Origin: Octopus vulgaris
Taxonomy: Eukaryota
Assembly: GCA_951406725.2 (NCBI GenBank)
Contig: OX597821.1
Location: forward strand, 20,522,001 to 20,586,000
Reading direction: 5' to 3'
DNA length: 64,000 bases
This document shows, in pieces, positions 14,557 to 27,680 of the stretch (position 1 is its first letter; each line of letters starts with the position of its first letter). A program made the translations under genes and the position numbers. The notes beneath the pieces were generated by a model. That model made no database searches, was not told the origin of the DNA, and was given only the letters and a program-made list of their open reading frames with translations.

Positions 14557-15693
14557 CACTGTTAACAATACTGAACAACAACGAATTTGCTACTTGGGGT
14601 AAATGCATGTGTTTTAGATTAAATCCAGGATGCTGATTCCGAATCCGCGCACAGAAATCTTCTAGCACGTCAGGGTTTTGAGTTATGCGCCTGCGCACGA
14701 TTATAATTATAGTTCCGGCTAGACATTGGCTGCATTATAAAATTTGCTAAAATGAAAGAGGTCTTATTTCAAAATTAAAGAAATAGCAACAGTAAAAAAA
14801 ACGATGTGAAAGTACGTCATTTAGTTGAGCAACGGTTCTTGTTTGTTTGGAACAGCCTTTTGCACTGTTAAAGCTTGGCCTAAAAGAGATGAGCGTATAC
14901 TTGGTCGGCACACACGATGGTTGTGGCTTCCAGTTGTGAAAAGTATTATTTGGTGCAGGTAGATATAACGCAAAAGTGAAAGCAGGCATTTTCATTGGAC
15001 TCCAGATCAGAGAACTGATGTCTGATAGCAAATTCAGAGGTAAGCTGAATCCAGTTCATCTGACGGCATGGGATTCATTCGTGTTAGTTGTACAGACCTT
15101 CCTTGGAAATCATAGAGCTGAAAACTATCCTGATTTAATAAACACCAGCGTATGAAAGAATGGGATCCAGAATGTCATTTAAAATGCACTTCTTGTATTC
15201 TCATTTCGATTTTTTACCAAGGGATCTTGACGCCTTTAGTGCTATGCATGTTGAGAGGCTCCACCAGGACATATCTGAGATGAAAACAAGGTATCAAGGC
15301 AGGGTCAATCCACACATGATGCGTGACTACTGCTGGTTCCTACAACAGGAGACCAGCACGAACCATAAGCGCAAGAACAAGGTTCTCAAACATTTCAGAT
15401 CTGAGCAAATCAAAAATGAAGGAGTATTCCCTTAACATAAATATAGTCTGTGTATATTACAATACTATTTGCCTTGAACATAAATTTACTATATACTGTA
15501 CTTATATACTATTATAATAATTATGTATCTTACACTAATATAGAATTAAAGTATAATTATGTGCATAACCCAAAATTCTGACGTGTTACAGCAATTCTGA
15601 GTTCAGATTCGGAATCACTGTACTCGTTTGAGCTTAGTACCTCACCATTTTTCTGAGTACCAGACAGTGATTTATTTTTGTTGTTGCCCAGTG
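14557..15693 (+). mobile_element. Chapaev3-like (CMC superfamily) DNA transposon, internally deleted
   Basis: CACTG...CAGTG termini with imperfect subterminal inverted repeats (TGATTCCGAATC..CACGTCAG..TTTTG.GTTATGC at ~14634 vs ~15560-15617). Transposase remnants KVKAGIFIGLQIR, FLGNHRAENY and MSFKMHFLYSHFDFLP..VERLHQDISEMKTRYQGR..MMRDYCW. Family assignment is from memory; left end approximate. Confidence 0.75.
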
Positions 15694-15736
15694 TAATTGC
15701 ATTTCTTATTTTATATTATGCACACCTGAACCGTAA

Positions 15737-15946
15737 TTTCTTTACTACCCGCAAGGGGCTAAACACAGAGAGGGCAAACAAGGACAGACAAAGGGATTAA
15801 GTCGATTACATCGACCCCAGTATGCAACTGGTACTTAATTTATCGACCCCGAAAGGATGAAAGGCAAAGTCGACCTCGGCGGAATTTGAACTCAGAACGT
15901 AAGGGCCACGCATTTCGCCCGGCGTGCTAACGTTTCTGACAGCTCG

Positions 15947-15948
<2 letters not shown>
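15737..15948 (-). mobile_element. SINE family A, near full length
   Basis: Reverse complement GGCGAGCTGTCAGAAACGTTAGCACGCCGGGCG...GAGTTCAAATTCC...CCTTTCATCCTTTCGGGGTCGATAAATTAAGTACCAG...tail. Confidence 0.9.
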
Positions 15949-15988
<40 letters not shown>

Positions 15989-16035
15989 CTACTCGTGTGT
16001 ATGTGTGTATGCATATGTGTGTGTTTGCGTGTTCT

Positions 16036-16075
<40 letters not shown>

Positions 16076-16606
16076 ATATAGTTGTGTACAATAAGTCGTT
16101 CAAATGTACACATTGAATACCGTGCTTGCACTGTGACACAAGCACATACATATACACTATACGCTCGTAATAAACATTTAGTGAGATACCTACATATTTA
16201 GACACGCCCACAAGGAAGAAAGCCAGTTGAAATGAGTTTGTAATTTATTGGCCACAGATAAGCATTGAACCTTGTAACCTTTTCTTTGAAGATGTGCGTT
16301 CTGTTTACTGAGAAAGACGACATTAGACTTTGTGTAGGAAAATTGACATCCTAAGTTGCCATGGTGATTAATCAAGTTGATATAATCGTGCCTTCAGCTG
16401 TAGGCTTGTTGCTCTTAGTGTATAAGTCTATGTATCTGAATAGTTTGTTATGTGTAGTAGTTAAGTTATATGTGTGTCTGTGAATGACTTTTCATCTTAA
16501 GTGTGTCACCTATATATATGTGGATACATACATACATATATACATACATATACGTGTATATATGTGTAGATATATATTATATATAATATATATGTAAAAT
16601 AAAATA

Positions 16607-16681
<75 letters not shown>

Positions 16682-17644
16682 AGCACTCATACACACACAT
16701 GCATAAACATATGTATATATGCATCTTATCGCCTTATGTATTTTTGTGTGTGAGTGTACGTATATTGATTAAGACTTCTTATAAGTGTGTGTCTATATAT
16801 CTGGTCGTTTAAAAGTGTACGCTTGTCTTTCAAGGCTTGTGTTGTCTTTGCCGGTAAAGAGATATCAGATTGTCAAATAAAAAAAAGGTGATGGAGTTCA
16901 TAGCTTAGATGCCATACATTAATCATCAAAAATTTCGTCATTCTTTTGCTTTGTAAATAGGTGTATGCCTATGTCTGAATGAATATACCAGCAGTTTATA
17001 TATGTGTATATATGTAAGTGTGTGTATGTAACATATATCAGTGTGGGGAAGAGACGTATAGTTAAATTGTTTGCTTTACGCTCACGATGCCAAGGGATAG
17101 ATCTCGATCAGATGTATCTTAGAGTAGGGAAATATTATAAACTGCCCAAACGCAAACACTTTGAGATAAACTGGAAAGAGGATTAGGCAATAGGGTTCAA
17201 AATTAGTGCAAATGCACCAGGTGCGATGCTGATAAACAACTCTTCATAGATGTAGTGTCACTATACTAACATATGCATTTTCAGATATATATGTACATAT
17301 ATATATATATATGTGCATATATATATGTGTGTGGAGGGGATACGCGCTCGTGCGTGTATTGCACCTGAAACTCGAGTGGTAATACAATTTCACAGTTTCA
17401 AATTCAGTGGAAGTCTACAAAATATATGGCGCACTCTTCTCTCATTCATTTAACGTAACACAATTTACTGGGACATAAATTTCCTCTAATACACACATTT
17501 TTCGGGCTACAAGTCGACTCTAGAAATACAAGGGTTGGTCAATGGTGGGTAGCATGCCGTGTATTTAAAGGTATACATTTTTATGTATACACATACACAC
17601 ACGCACGCGCACACACACACAGACACACAGACACACAGACACAC

Positions 17645-17725
<81 letters not shown>

Positions 17726-17732
<7 letters not shown>

Positions 17733-17878
17733 CAATTAATGTGAGGAATGACCACTAAAGTGAAATCCTATAGGCTAGAAATAGACGTCAAATCTTTTTG
17801 TGATGAAGCGATTTGACGTCTATTTCTAGCATATAGGATTCCACTTTAGTTGTCATTCCTCTTATTAATTGTAATATA
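17726..17878. repeat. Long hairpin (69-bp arms, 15-nt loop) adjoining (TA)n
   Basis: 17726-17794 is the reverse complement of 17810-17878 with about 5 mismatches. Confidence 0.9.
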
Positions 17879-17956
17879 ATTTTTAAATCTTCGGATTTTC
17901 TTTTGAATATGCCAGACCACTGGTTTAAATTAATGTTAATTGATTGATATCAATTT

Positions 17957-17994
17957 CTACCCCCAGTATATATATATATATATACTGGGGGTAG
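17957..17994. repeat. Palindrome CTACCCCCAG-(TA)n-CTGGGGGTAG
   Basis: Directly visible; followed by a 13-bp tandem duplication (GTATACTTGTCAA x2). Confidence 0.9.
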
Positions 17995-18539
17995 TATACT
18001 TGTCAAGTATACTTGTCAAGAGGTAAGAAAATCAAAACTATACTCCGTGCGTATCACTTAGGTTTACGAGAGGGGATGACCTCCCTTTGCGAATATCATA
18101 AGGGCACTGAATGTGTGTCTAAAGCCAGCTGAAGACGATGATGTCCTAGGGCTAAAAGCGACAGTAACACCCACCCTTAGTGGTTAACCATATTGAGATG
18201 GCTAGTATACTTTACGTTGTCGAGCGGTTACTGTTTACATCTCTTTCAGAGATTTATTATTGCTTTATATATATATATATACATATAGATAGCTAGATAG
18301 ATAGATACATACTTACATACATACACAAATATAAATAATATGGGTAGCTAATTCCCAGGTTTACACCTTAAAGGCAAAAATTTAAACGTCACTAAAATGA
18401 ACAAGGGCATTAATCAACACTAGTATTGCTAGAAATAAGAGTCAAAACAACTCAATAATCAACAAAAGCAATATCTTAATGAGCTGAGAAGGGGGACAAG
18501 CCCCCAATGGTCGCAGATATCTATATCTATCTATATATG

Positions 18540-18638
<99 letters not shown>

Positions 18639-19973
18639 ATATGTATACATATATATACAAAATTTCAATTAGAGGATTATGAGTTTCAAAGTGAAGAGAT
18701 GAGATGATTGGAATAATGCCTCTTGAAGAAGTGCAAAGATATAGGCTTGTCTGTGTTTGTATCTTGAAAAATACGTGTTTCTGCAGATCTCGTAAATTTT
18801 ACTGAATATATAATTGGATACTGCTCATTGATTAACTATTTATGTATTTATCTTTTATGCTTTCAGACATATGTCATCGAATTCCAATTATGCCAGCAGG
18901 GTCTCTGGCTGAAACCTAACAAATAATTATGCAATTTTGGCACATGTAGACTATTTGAAGAAACCTTGAAATTCTTCTACAAAATCTATTATCATTGATT
19001 CTGTGATAAGTTTGCTATTCATATACATATGTGTGTAGACCACAACTAAAAACAGAAATGGAAAGGAGGACACATTAATATATAGACTATGGTATTCTCA
19101 TTTGCATAAGTGAAATGAGCAGAATATATAAGGCAATAAGAAAACAATGGACACCTACGCACAGCATGTGTGTGTGTGCGTGTTTGTATGTGTATATATA
19201 TAAATGCATATATATATATATATATGCATATGTATATATACATACATACATATACATATACATATACATACACACACGCACATATATAAATATGTATGTA
19301 TTTTTAGTGCAAATTTACTAAAGATATAAGGCAAAGACACTTGGAGGAACACAACAAGGTATATTAGTTTGACAGAGGTATATGAATAGTCATACGCACG
19401 CATATATGTATAATAATGTATGTATGGCTAAACACGTGTCTATGTTTGGGATGTGTGTATGCGCGTGTATGCATCTTTACACAAGCATTCGTAATATATA
19501 TTTATTGAACGCGAAGTACTAATGTATCCTGACAGATCAAATTTTATTCATAAATTGCTTTGCCTCGCAATGTTTAGAACACATTGTACCAGTGACCATT
19601 TGTTTGCCAATCCGGTTTAAAATGAATTAGGCCACGTAAGTCTATTACCATTAAAGAAACAAATAATCTTACTCAAGTAAATAACGTAACTTCCTAGAGC
19701 ACTTTAGACGCCAACATATATTGTTTTTATTTCATTTCATTTTGTTTGCCATTTTGACCTGCAAGAATAATTACCAAATTAATTCTAGTAAGAAACAAAT
19801 GCAGTCTTACAAATTACCTTTCGTGTTTGTTAACAAATCATTTCTATTTTTATTTTGATTTTACATTTTTTCCTCACAAAACGGACACCACAATGAAATA
19901 AGCAACGAAAATAGCGTTTGTCTGATATATGTAGCTCTTAATCACTAATCTGAAAAAGCCATGTTACTCATTC

Positions 19974-20014
<41 letters not shown>

Positions 20015-21499
20015 ATATGGCGGAAATAGATTGATTTTTGCTGTTCACTTATAATTTGTTTTTGTATATATTCCTTTATATTTATTTCCCCATTTTTTTC
20101 TTTTAATTTTCTGGCAACACTTGTTTGGCCGAGATCCTATTGGTTTGGGGTCTCTTACCTTTGCCTCCATTCCTGTTACTGCTCTGAATAAGTTGGCCAG
20201 AAAATTTAATTGAGTTCGGCCAGTTTGTTAAATAGACAAGCATACAAGGTTAACATTATCTAGTTGTATTACCATGTTTTACCGGGTCTGATTATATCAA
20301 ATGTACTGAAATATAGAAGCAATACCAACTAAAATTAATAAAATGGAAACAAAAAAATAATTATATATTTAGAAACTACTGAAAATCTATTACGATGCAG
20401 GAGTTAGGCAAAACAAGTAAATAAATTATTTTAATCTCACAATTTCTACTTCTTTATAGTAATACATTAATACGAGCCAAATATTTTAGATTTTATCTAA
20501 TACACATGAATACTCCCCTCTTTTCACCTCGTGGCTTCCATTATATTTTCTGCAATGATATATTCTCGTTCTTGCAGTTTTGTTTTATTTATCTTTTTTT
20601 TACGATAGTGTTAATTCATTTCTTTTCTGTACTTTTTTTAACAATAATATTTTCATATGTCTAAATTTTCTTTACTTGCCACACCCTCGTCTTCCATTGC
20701 TATTTATTTCCAATATAAGCACCTATTATTCTCTCGAACTACTTTTTTTCACTTTGAATAATTGCATCCATTTCTTAAATCTCTGTATTTTTCACCTTTT
20801 AAGTTTCACTTTGAAATATTTATTTAATGATATTAGAATATTTTCGTTGAGAATATAAATTTTTGTGTCTGATTTTCTCGGTTCACATATTTGTGTTCCT
20901 ATCTTGGGTGTCAATCACTAAGCTATATACATACGCTTATAAATTATCTCAGTTCTGATTTGTATTTATGAACAACATCTGTTGAAAATTTCCTAGTATT
21001 ATCACTTATTTTTATTTAACGGTTCACGTTGCTCCGGGTATTGCAAACACAGTGCTATTCATTATTTGTTTAAAGCCGTAATATTTAATTTCTTTCCTTT
21101 GTAATTATTTAGAATGCTCAGTTTCTAAGGATAACAGAGCGATAAACGACAGAAGGATAACAAGTTCTTGCAAATATACCTTCCAGTATATGTTCCAGGA
21201 TTTACAATGAAATTTCAAATGTTACTTTGATCAATTTTCACTCTTATTACCCAGGAATCGGCAAAAAAAAGAACTAGCCCAGGTTTTAAGTCAGTGTGAT
21301 CGATCGGCGATATGTATTAATATTGAATATTCTAGTAGAGTACAAGTCATATAAATATCCACCCAATTGCAAATATCCGTCAAGTAAGGTTAAGCACTGG
21401 TTGATGTCCTCTGCTTTTTCACCAAGACATTTATTACTGTATTCACCACAAACACAATGTATTCATTCTCTAATTCATACACACACACACACACACACA

Positions 21500-21548
<49 letters not shown>

Positions 21549-21560
21549 CTCTCTATCTAT

Positions 21561-21621
<61 letters not shown>

Positions 21622-22314
21622 CTTTCTATCTCTACATCTATATGTCTCCCTCTCTAGCTAACTATCTAGCTAGCTATCGTTCACTTTTTTCCTCTGACGT
21701 ATCTATACTTACATACACACATAAACCTAGGATGGGATATAAACATATCGAAAATGAAGAGATACAAATAAATCACATCTCCGTATTTAAGTAAGGACAT
21801 TAAAATACATAATGTATTCTATATTCTTCTTAGAGCAGTCAAGTACTATTATCGATAGAGCGCGGAATATATTCGTTAGAAGTATTCACAAGAAAATTAT
21901 TTTTATGTTCGATGTCTAAATGACGCTGGGTGCAAATTTGTTTTAATTATTTTCATTGATATCCTGTTTTAACAGGCGAATAAATAAAAATATTTGTTAG
22001 AGTATTATATAAAATGTCTTTAGGTATTTTATTGTTATTATTTACATTGTTATTCTTTCTATTCTATATCACATTTGCCATACCATTTACTTTGTATAAC
22101 TTCCGGTGCGTGGCGGAAGTGGATTACTACAGTATCAACAGCTGCACACAACAAAATAAACCGCAAAACATTAGGTCTGTGATAAGGAATGTAGTTTTCC
22201 AGCTGCAGATATAGGGTAAAACAGATGAACAGAGTTCCTCGCATCGTATATATTCTGGTCCTCATCTCATTTTCAGACGGCAAGAAATAAAACGCATTAT
22301 GTATTTATATCACA

Positions 22315-22728
22315 GGCGCAGGAGTGGCTGTGTGGTAAGTAGCTTGTTTACCAACCACATGGTTCCGGGTTCAGTCTCACTGCGTGGCATCTTGGGCAAG
22401 TGTCTTCTTCTATAGCCTCGGGCCGACCAAAGCCTTGTGAGTGGATTTGGTAGACGGAAACTGAAAGAAGCCCGTCGTATATATGTATATATATATGTAT
22501 ATATGTGTGTGCGTGTATGTTGGTGTTTATCCCCCTAGCATTGCTCGACAACCGATGCTGGTGTGTTTATGTCCCCGTCACTTAGCGGTTCAGCAAAAGA
22601 GACCGATAGAATAAGTACTGGGCTTACAAAGAATAAGTCCCGGGGTCGAGTTGCTCGATTAAAGGCGGTGCTCCAGCATGGCCGCAGTCAAATGACTGAA
22701 ACAAGTAAAAGAGTAAAAGAGTAAAGAG
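22315..22728 (+). mobile_element. tRNA-derived SINE (family C)
   Basis: Head GGCGCAGGAGTGGCTGTGTGGTAAG...GGGTTCAGTC, TTGGGCAAGTG core, internal (TA/TG)n, and (AAAGAGT)n tail. Confidence 0.88.
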
Positions 22729-23481
22729 TATATGTATTCATGTTTCTTCGTTTGGCTCTACTTTCTTTTAATTGTAATATTTCTTTCAACATACGTCCTC
22801 ATTTTTAATGTTCTCCATGCATATTGCTTTAGTCAAAAGAGTATTTCCATTATTAGTACGATATATTCATTGTTGTAAATATTAGGGCAACTTCATTTAT
22901 AATAGTAATTTCTCCGTTTCACAACCTTATTTTAATGCAAACGTTTGAAGAACACCAACATAGAATTGTATACACGTGACATTAGTCTTGAAGCAGAGTG
23001 ATTCACATTCTGACATATCGTTGAATACAACCAGGATTTTCGTGTTGAAGAACATGAAACAACATTTGCCCTCAGGCAGAGTTACTTCATACGCAGCTTA
23101 CACAGGCGCCATTCCTTTTCTTCAGATACTTTAAAGGAGGCCTACTGTGACCAATAGTTTCAGATTAGCATTGAAGATATTCCAACAGGTAAGAAAGTAT
23201 TAAAGCACAAATGCACAAAACATGCAGGAACATTTCAAAAACATATTTTTCCTATCATAGGTATATACTTTGCTGGTTCTTATGCAGCTAACGTCGCTGT
23301 ATGTGCTTCCCTATTTCGGCGTCTATATAAACATTTCTATCATGTATATGTATATTGCATGTGGTGGCGTTGTGTGTATACATACATATATACACACACA
23401 CACGTATATATATATATATGCTGAGACGTACCAATACACGAACACGCACAAGCACACACACACATACGCATATATATTTAT

Positions 23482-23569
<88 letters not shown>

Positions 23570-23572
23570 TAA

Positions 23573-23642
<70 letters not shown>

Positions 23643-24114
23643 GGTATGTAGGTATGTATTAAGGACTGGCAATTAAACTCACGGCATATCAAAGAAAAGC
23701 ACACCAGATTAATTGTTATACGGTAAAACACAAATCAGAATGTAAACAATCTTGGAAATTCAACCCCGAAAGTTAAAGAGAATTTCAACGAATGGAGAAT
23801 GCGATATCGCTATAATCGTAGTCGCTGTACAACAATATCCAGCGGCAATACCAGAAGATTTGAGAGGGTCTCTGTTGAGTGTTATAGTAGCTTATTGATG
23901 CTGCATTTCATATTCGCCTTCCTATATGATGCTATAAGGGTGTAAGAGCTCTTAATGGTTGTAGTGATAGCGCATAATTCACTCGCTTTTTTATTATATA
24001 CATTTGCACATGTACGTATTTATATCTTAAATTAAGTGTTACTAGAAAAAATATATATTTATGTATTAACATATATACACACCTACATCATATATACATA
24101 TATATATATATATA

Positions 24115-24407
24115 TCACCGTGATCACCGTGACCGACCAGACTATAAGATGTTGCTACACATCGCTGATCACAATGCGCTTCGCATTGTGTTAGCCTTCA
24201 AATAACGCCACCCCGCTGGCTAAGCGAGCAGGCGAACAGAAGAAAGAGTGAGAGAAAGTTGTGGCGAAAGAGTACGGCAGGGTTCGCCACCACCCCCTGC
24301 CGGAGCCTCGTGGAGCTTTAGGTGTTTTCACTCAATAAACACTCACAACGCCCGGTCTGGGAATCGAAACCGCGATCCTACAACCGCGAGTCCGCTACCC
24401 TAACCAC
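24115..24407 (-). mobile_element. tRNA-derived SINE (family D head, alternative tail)
   Basis: Reverse complement GTGGTTAGGGTAGCGGACTCGCGG...GGTTTCGATTCCCAGACCGGGCG; the head is shared with 58260-58650. Confidence 0.85.
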
Positions 24408-26559
24408 ATATAAACAAGGATAAAATCATGTAAATGATAATATCAAGTGGCGAACATGCTATAGAAATTTGTGGTTAAATTATAATAAAATAATAATTAT
24501 ATAAATTATATAACGGAACAGGAAAAACATTAGAAATTATTTTGAAGCTTAAGTGCGGATATTTGCACATGATCGTACGAATTTGTTTCGTGGGAGTATG
24601 TATAAATACTATGTTTCATTGAATATTGTGTTGAGGTTGATAAATATGCTATTTTACTGCTTTAATCTCAAAATTGAACTAATACACAATTGACTGTGGA
24701 ATATTATTTTGTATTTTTTATTTGCTCATCTGCAGCCCGTATTTTTGCAGGGGCAGAGACAGAATATGCGTCTATATTTCTGTGTTTCCATGTTCTATAT
24801 ATACGTGTTTCTGAGGACCATGCATATGTATCTGTCTCTGTGTTCGTGGCTGTGAACGTGTCAACGTACTTTTTCCTGGCTACAGTACAGATTGCAACTT
24901 ACAATTCTACTGCGCTATTAGAACCACATAGGACACACCATCAACTCAAGCAGAAAAAAACTGACGGTAAACAGAGAGAAGAAAGACAGTAAGAGAAAAA
25001 GATGGAGGATTTGAGTGACAAGTCCGATTAAGTGAAAGCATAAAATGCTAGCAGTAATGTTTCAACTATATACTAATAATTGATGGTTCCGCCTGACATT
25101 TCAGTTTAAATATTCACAGAAACAAATGATAAATCAAACAAATAATATATGATAAAACAAATACAAATCTAACCAAATTGACGTATAAACATTGACACAA
25201 CAAACCTAAGATGTCGAATCATATTAGCAAGTTTTCTGACGGAGGAGAGAAAGTAATTTGATGTCACATTCATTCGTGTATTGTGACACTTGCCTTACTG
25301 TTAGAAAACAACAAAAGATATTTGTTTGAAAAATACAAAACATATTACTGAAAAGTTTCCGAAAATTTGGCGTTGGCAGAAATGAAAACAAACCAGAGGT
25401 GGTTGTCTAGATTTTGTTTGGATTCAACGAAAGAAACGTTCGATCCATTGAATTATTAACATGCTATTCATTTATAGTCATCACTTGACAATGTTTTTGA
25501 CGTTATTCATTATATGTTTTCTAAACTTCTCATTTATTATTACATTTTCGACTCTTCAACTTTTACACCTGTTTAGCACCAGGCGAACAAAACTACACTA
25601 CATTTAATTACTTCACAACCTCGAGCATTCTCTTAGACATTCTGTTTTCCTTTCTTGTAATCAATCATAGCTTCTTTTGGTATCCATTACTAAACATTAT
25701 CTTTTTTTAAAGATGGTACTGCATGGCTTCAAAGCTGAATCTGATCTGGATTAGAGAAGGCGTGACATTGAATAGCTTGAGAATGGCATCGCAAGGATTT
25801 GGACAAACGCAATTGATAGATTGATATTCAAGCTATTGATTAGTTAGTTGTTTAAACTGCTAAGCCAGAAATATTCTTTGCATTTTCTGTCTTGAACAAG
25901 GCAAACCTTTTCTCAGCAGTGTACAGAGAGTAGTTACTGCTATGGTTTGACCACATCTTAAATAATTTTTTTTTCCTTTCGCACTGTAAGTTGAAGTTCT
26001 CCGTTGCAAGGAATAGAATTTCTTGAGCGTTTCGTTGCATGCCGTTCATCAATATTCTTGAATCTGCATCTTTTCTCAAAGTATCCTGTCGTAATCTTTC
26101 TACCTTTTACCAATATATTGCCCGATGTTATTTCCTTACGTAGTTATTAACTGCTCACATAAGAATATTAAATTTCAGAATGTGATGATAAGTAAATCCA
26201 TCTACCACTAAATCCTTATACGAGTTTTGTGGCACTTAATTTTTCTCGTGTTTAAATTATATTTCTAACTTCACTGGAAAACTACTTTTAAAATAAACTA
26301 GCATTTTCATGCTTGAAGAAGATGCTTATCTTCTAGGTAGATAACATATTTTGCTCTTGCGGTAATTTAATTCTGTCGAACACTTACTAATTTTCAAATA
26401 AAATTCTTGAACTAAGAGGATGATAGGGGTCTGATGCAGGTTAAAATATAAATTACAGCAAACCAGAATCTAGTGATATTTATGGAATTTATTTAAATAT
26501 GTTATATCAGGTAGTACTACATATGAGTTTGACAACTAAGTAAATATATACATGCATAC

Positions 26560-27110
26560 ATACATGATGATTGCCCCCTCGTTATCGAGTATGGCCATTG
26601 CACGAAGCTTAACTGTTATTGGTGCCAGCTAAAGATCTACAATATCTTGTACAGAATTAGCAGCTAAAATATTTACCGGCAATAGCCGGCTGTCGTTGTA
26701 ACTGGGCTTCATGTACCTTTGCATGTCGTTTAAGTTCTCCTGTCGAATTACACTCTCTTCCACATGCCTGACAGATATGATTAGAATGGTGTGTAACACC
26801 ACCACCAGTGACCAGGTTTTCACTCATCTGTCTCGCTTTATGACTACGAAGATGACTCTTGAGTCAACTTTACTGAGGCAGGGTCCTGCACGGACACTGC
26901 ATGTCAGCATCATAGTAAGTGTAACAGCGATGCCCTTCCTGACATCCCTCCTTACTTTTTCATACGCAACTCGAGATTTCTCAAAAGTAGCTGTCCCCTC
27001 GTGCACAATCCTTCTCCACCTGTTACCATCAACAGTTATGCCCTCCCATGTGTCAGGAGAGATGCAAGCATCTCTTAAGGAAGTCTTCGGCAAGTCCTTA
27101 TACCTCTTTA
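26560..27110 (-). mobile_element. RTE-type LINE 3' fragment with C2H2 zinc fingers
   Basis: KRYKD..KTSL...TWE....RWRRIVHEG...FE, typical of the RTE C-terminus, followed after a frameshift by zinc fingers. Ends in a (TATG)n-like tail. Confidence 0.78.
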
Positions 27111-27146
27111 TACATGCATACATACATACATACATACATACATACA

Positions 27147-27199
<53 letters not shown>

Positions 27200-27205
<6 letters not shown>

Positions 27206-27372
27206 TCGTGTCTGTGTTTGCATCCCAGCAAGCTAGCTGTTCGGCAGAAGAGGCTAATACTATTACTCTCTTCTGACGAACAGCTAGCTTACAGGGAATA
27301 AGTCCAGTTGTCGATTCCTTGGACTAAAAGGTGATGCTCGAGCATGGCCACCGTCAAATAAAAGTAAAAGAA
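27200..27372 (+). mobile_element. SINE family C 3' part
   Basis: GAATAAGTCCAGTTGTCGA...AGCATGGCCACCGTCAAAT matches 22630-22700. Confidence 0.7.
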
Positions 27373-27580
27373 TTAAAAAATACCAGAAAAACGTTCCGTA
27401 CCACTAAACCAATATTATGTATTTTGGTTGGATTTATATTTCCTTCTATATTCTGTTATCTGATTTACACTTCTTTCTAGATTCTGTATCACAATACAGA
27501 AATATTTCTCATGGCACCAACACAGTTTACAGCTGGTTACATTTTTTAGATTTTCCGCGATGTTTTAACGAGTAAGGCTA

Positions 27581-27621
<41 letters not shown>

Positions 27622-27636
27622 TATTATTATTATTAT

Positions 27637-27680
<44 letters not shown>

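Noticed and set aside
22099-22120. Inverted ETS-like sites ACTTCCG..CGGAAGT as a promoter
   Set aside because: Short motifs with no associated gene or other promoter evidence.
24690-26079. ORFs 24690-24992(+) and 25852-26079(-) as host exons
   Set aside because: No recognisable domain and no consistent splice or frame support.
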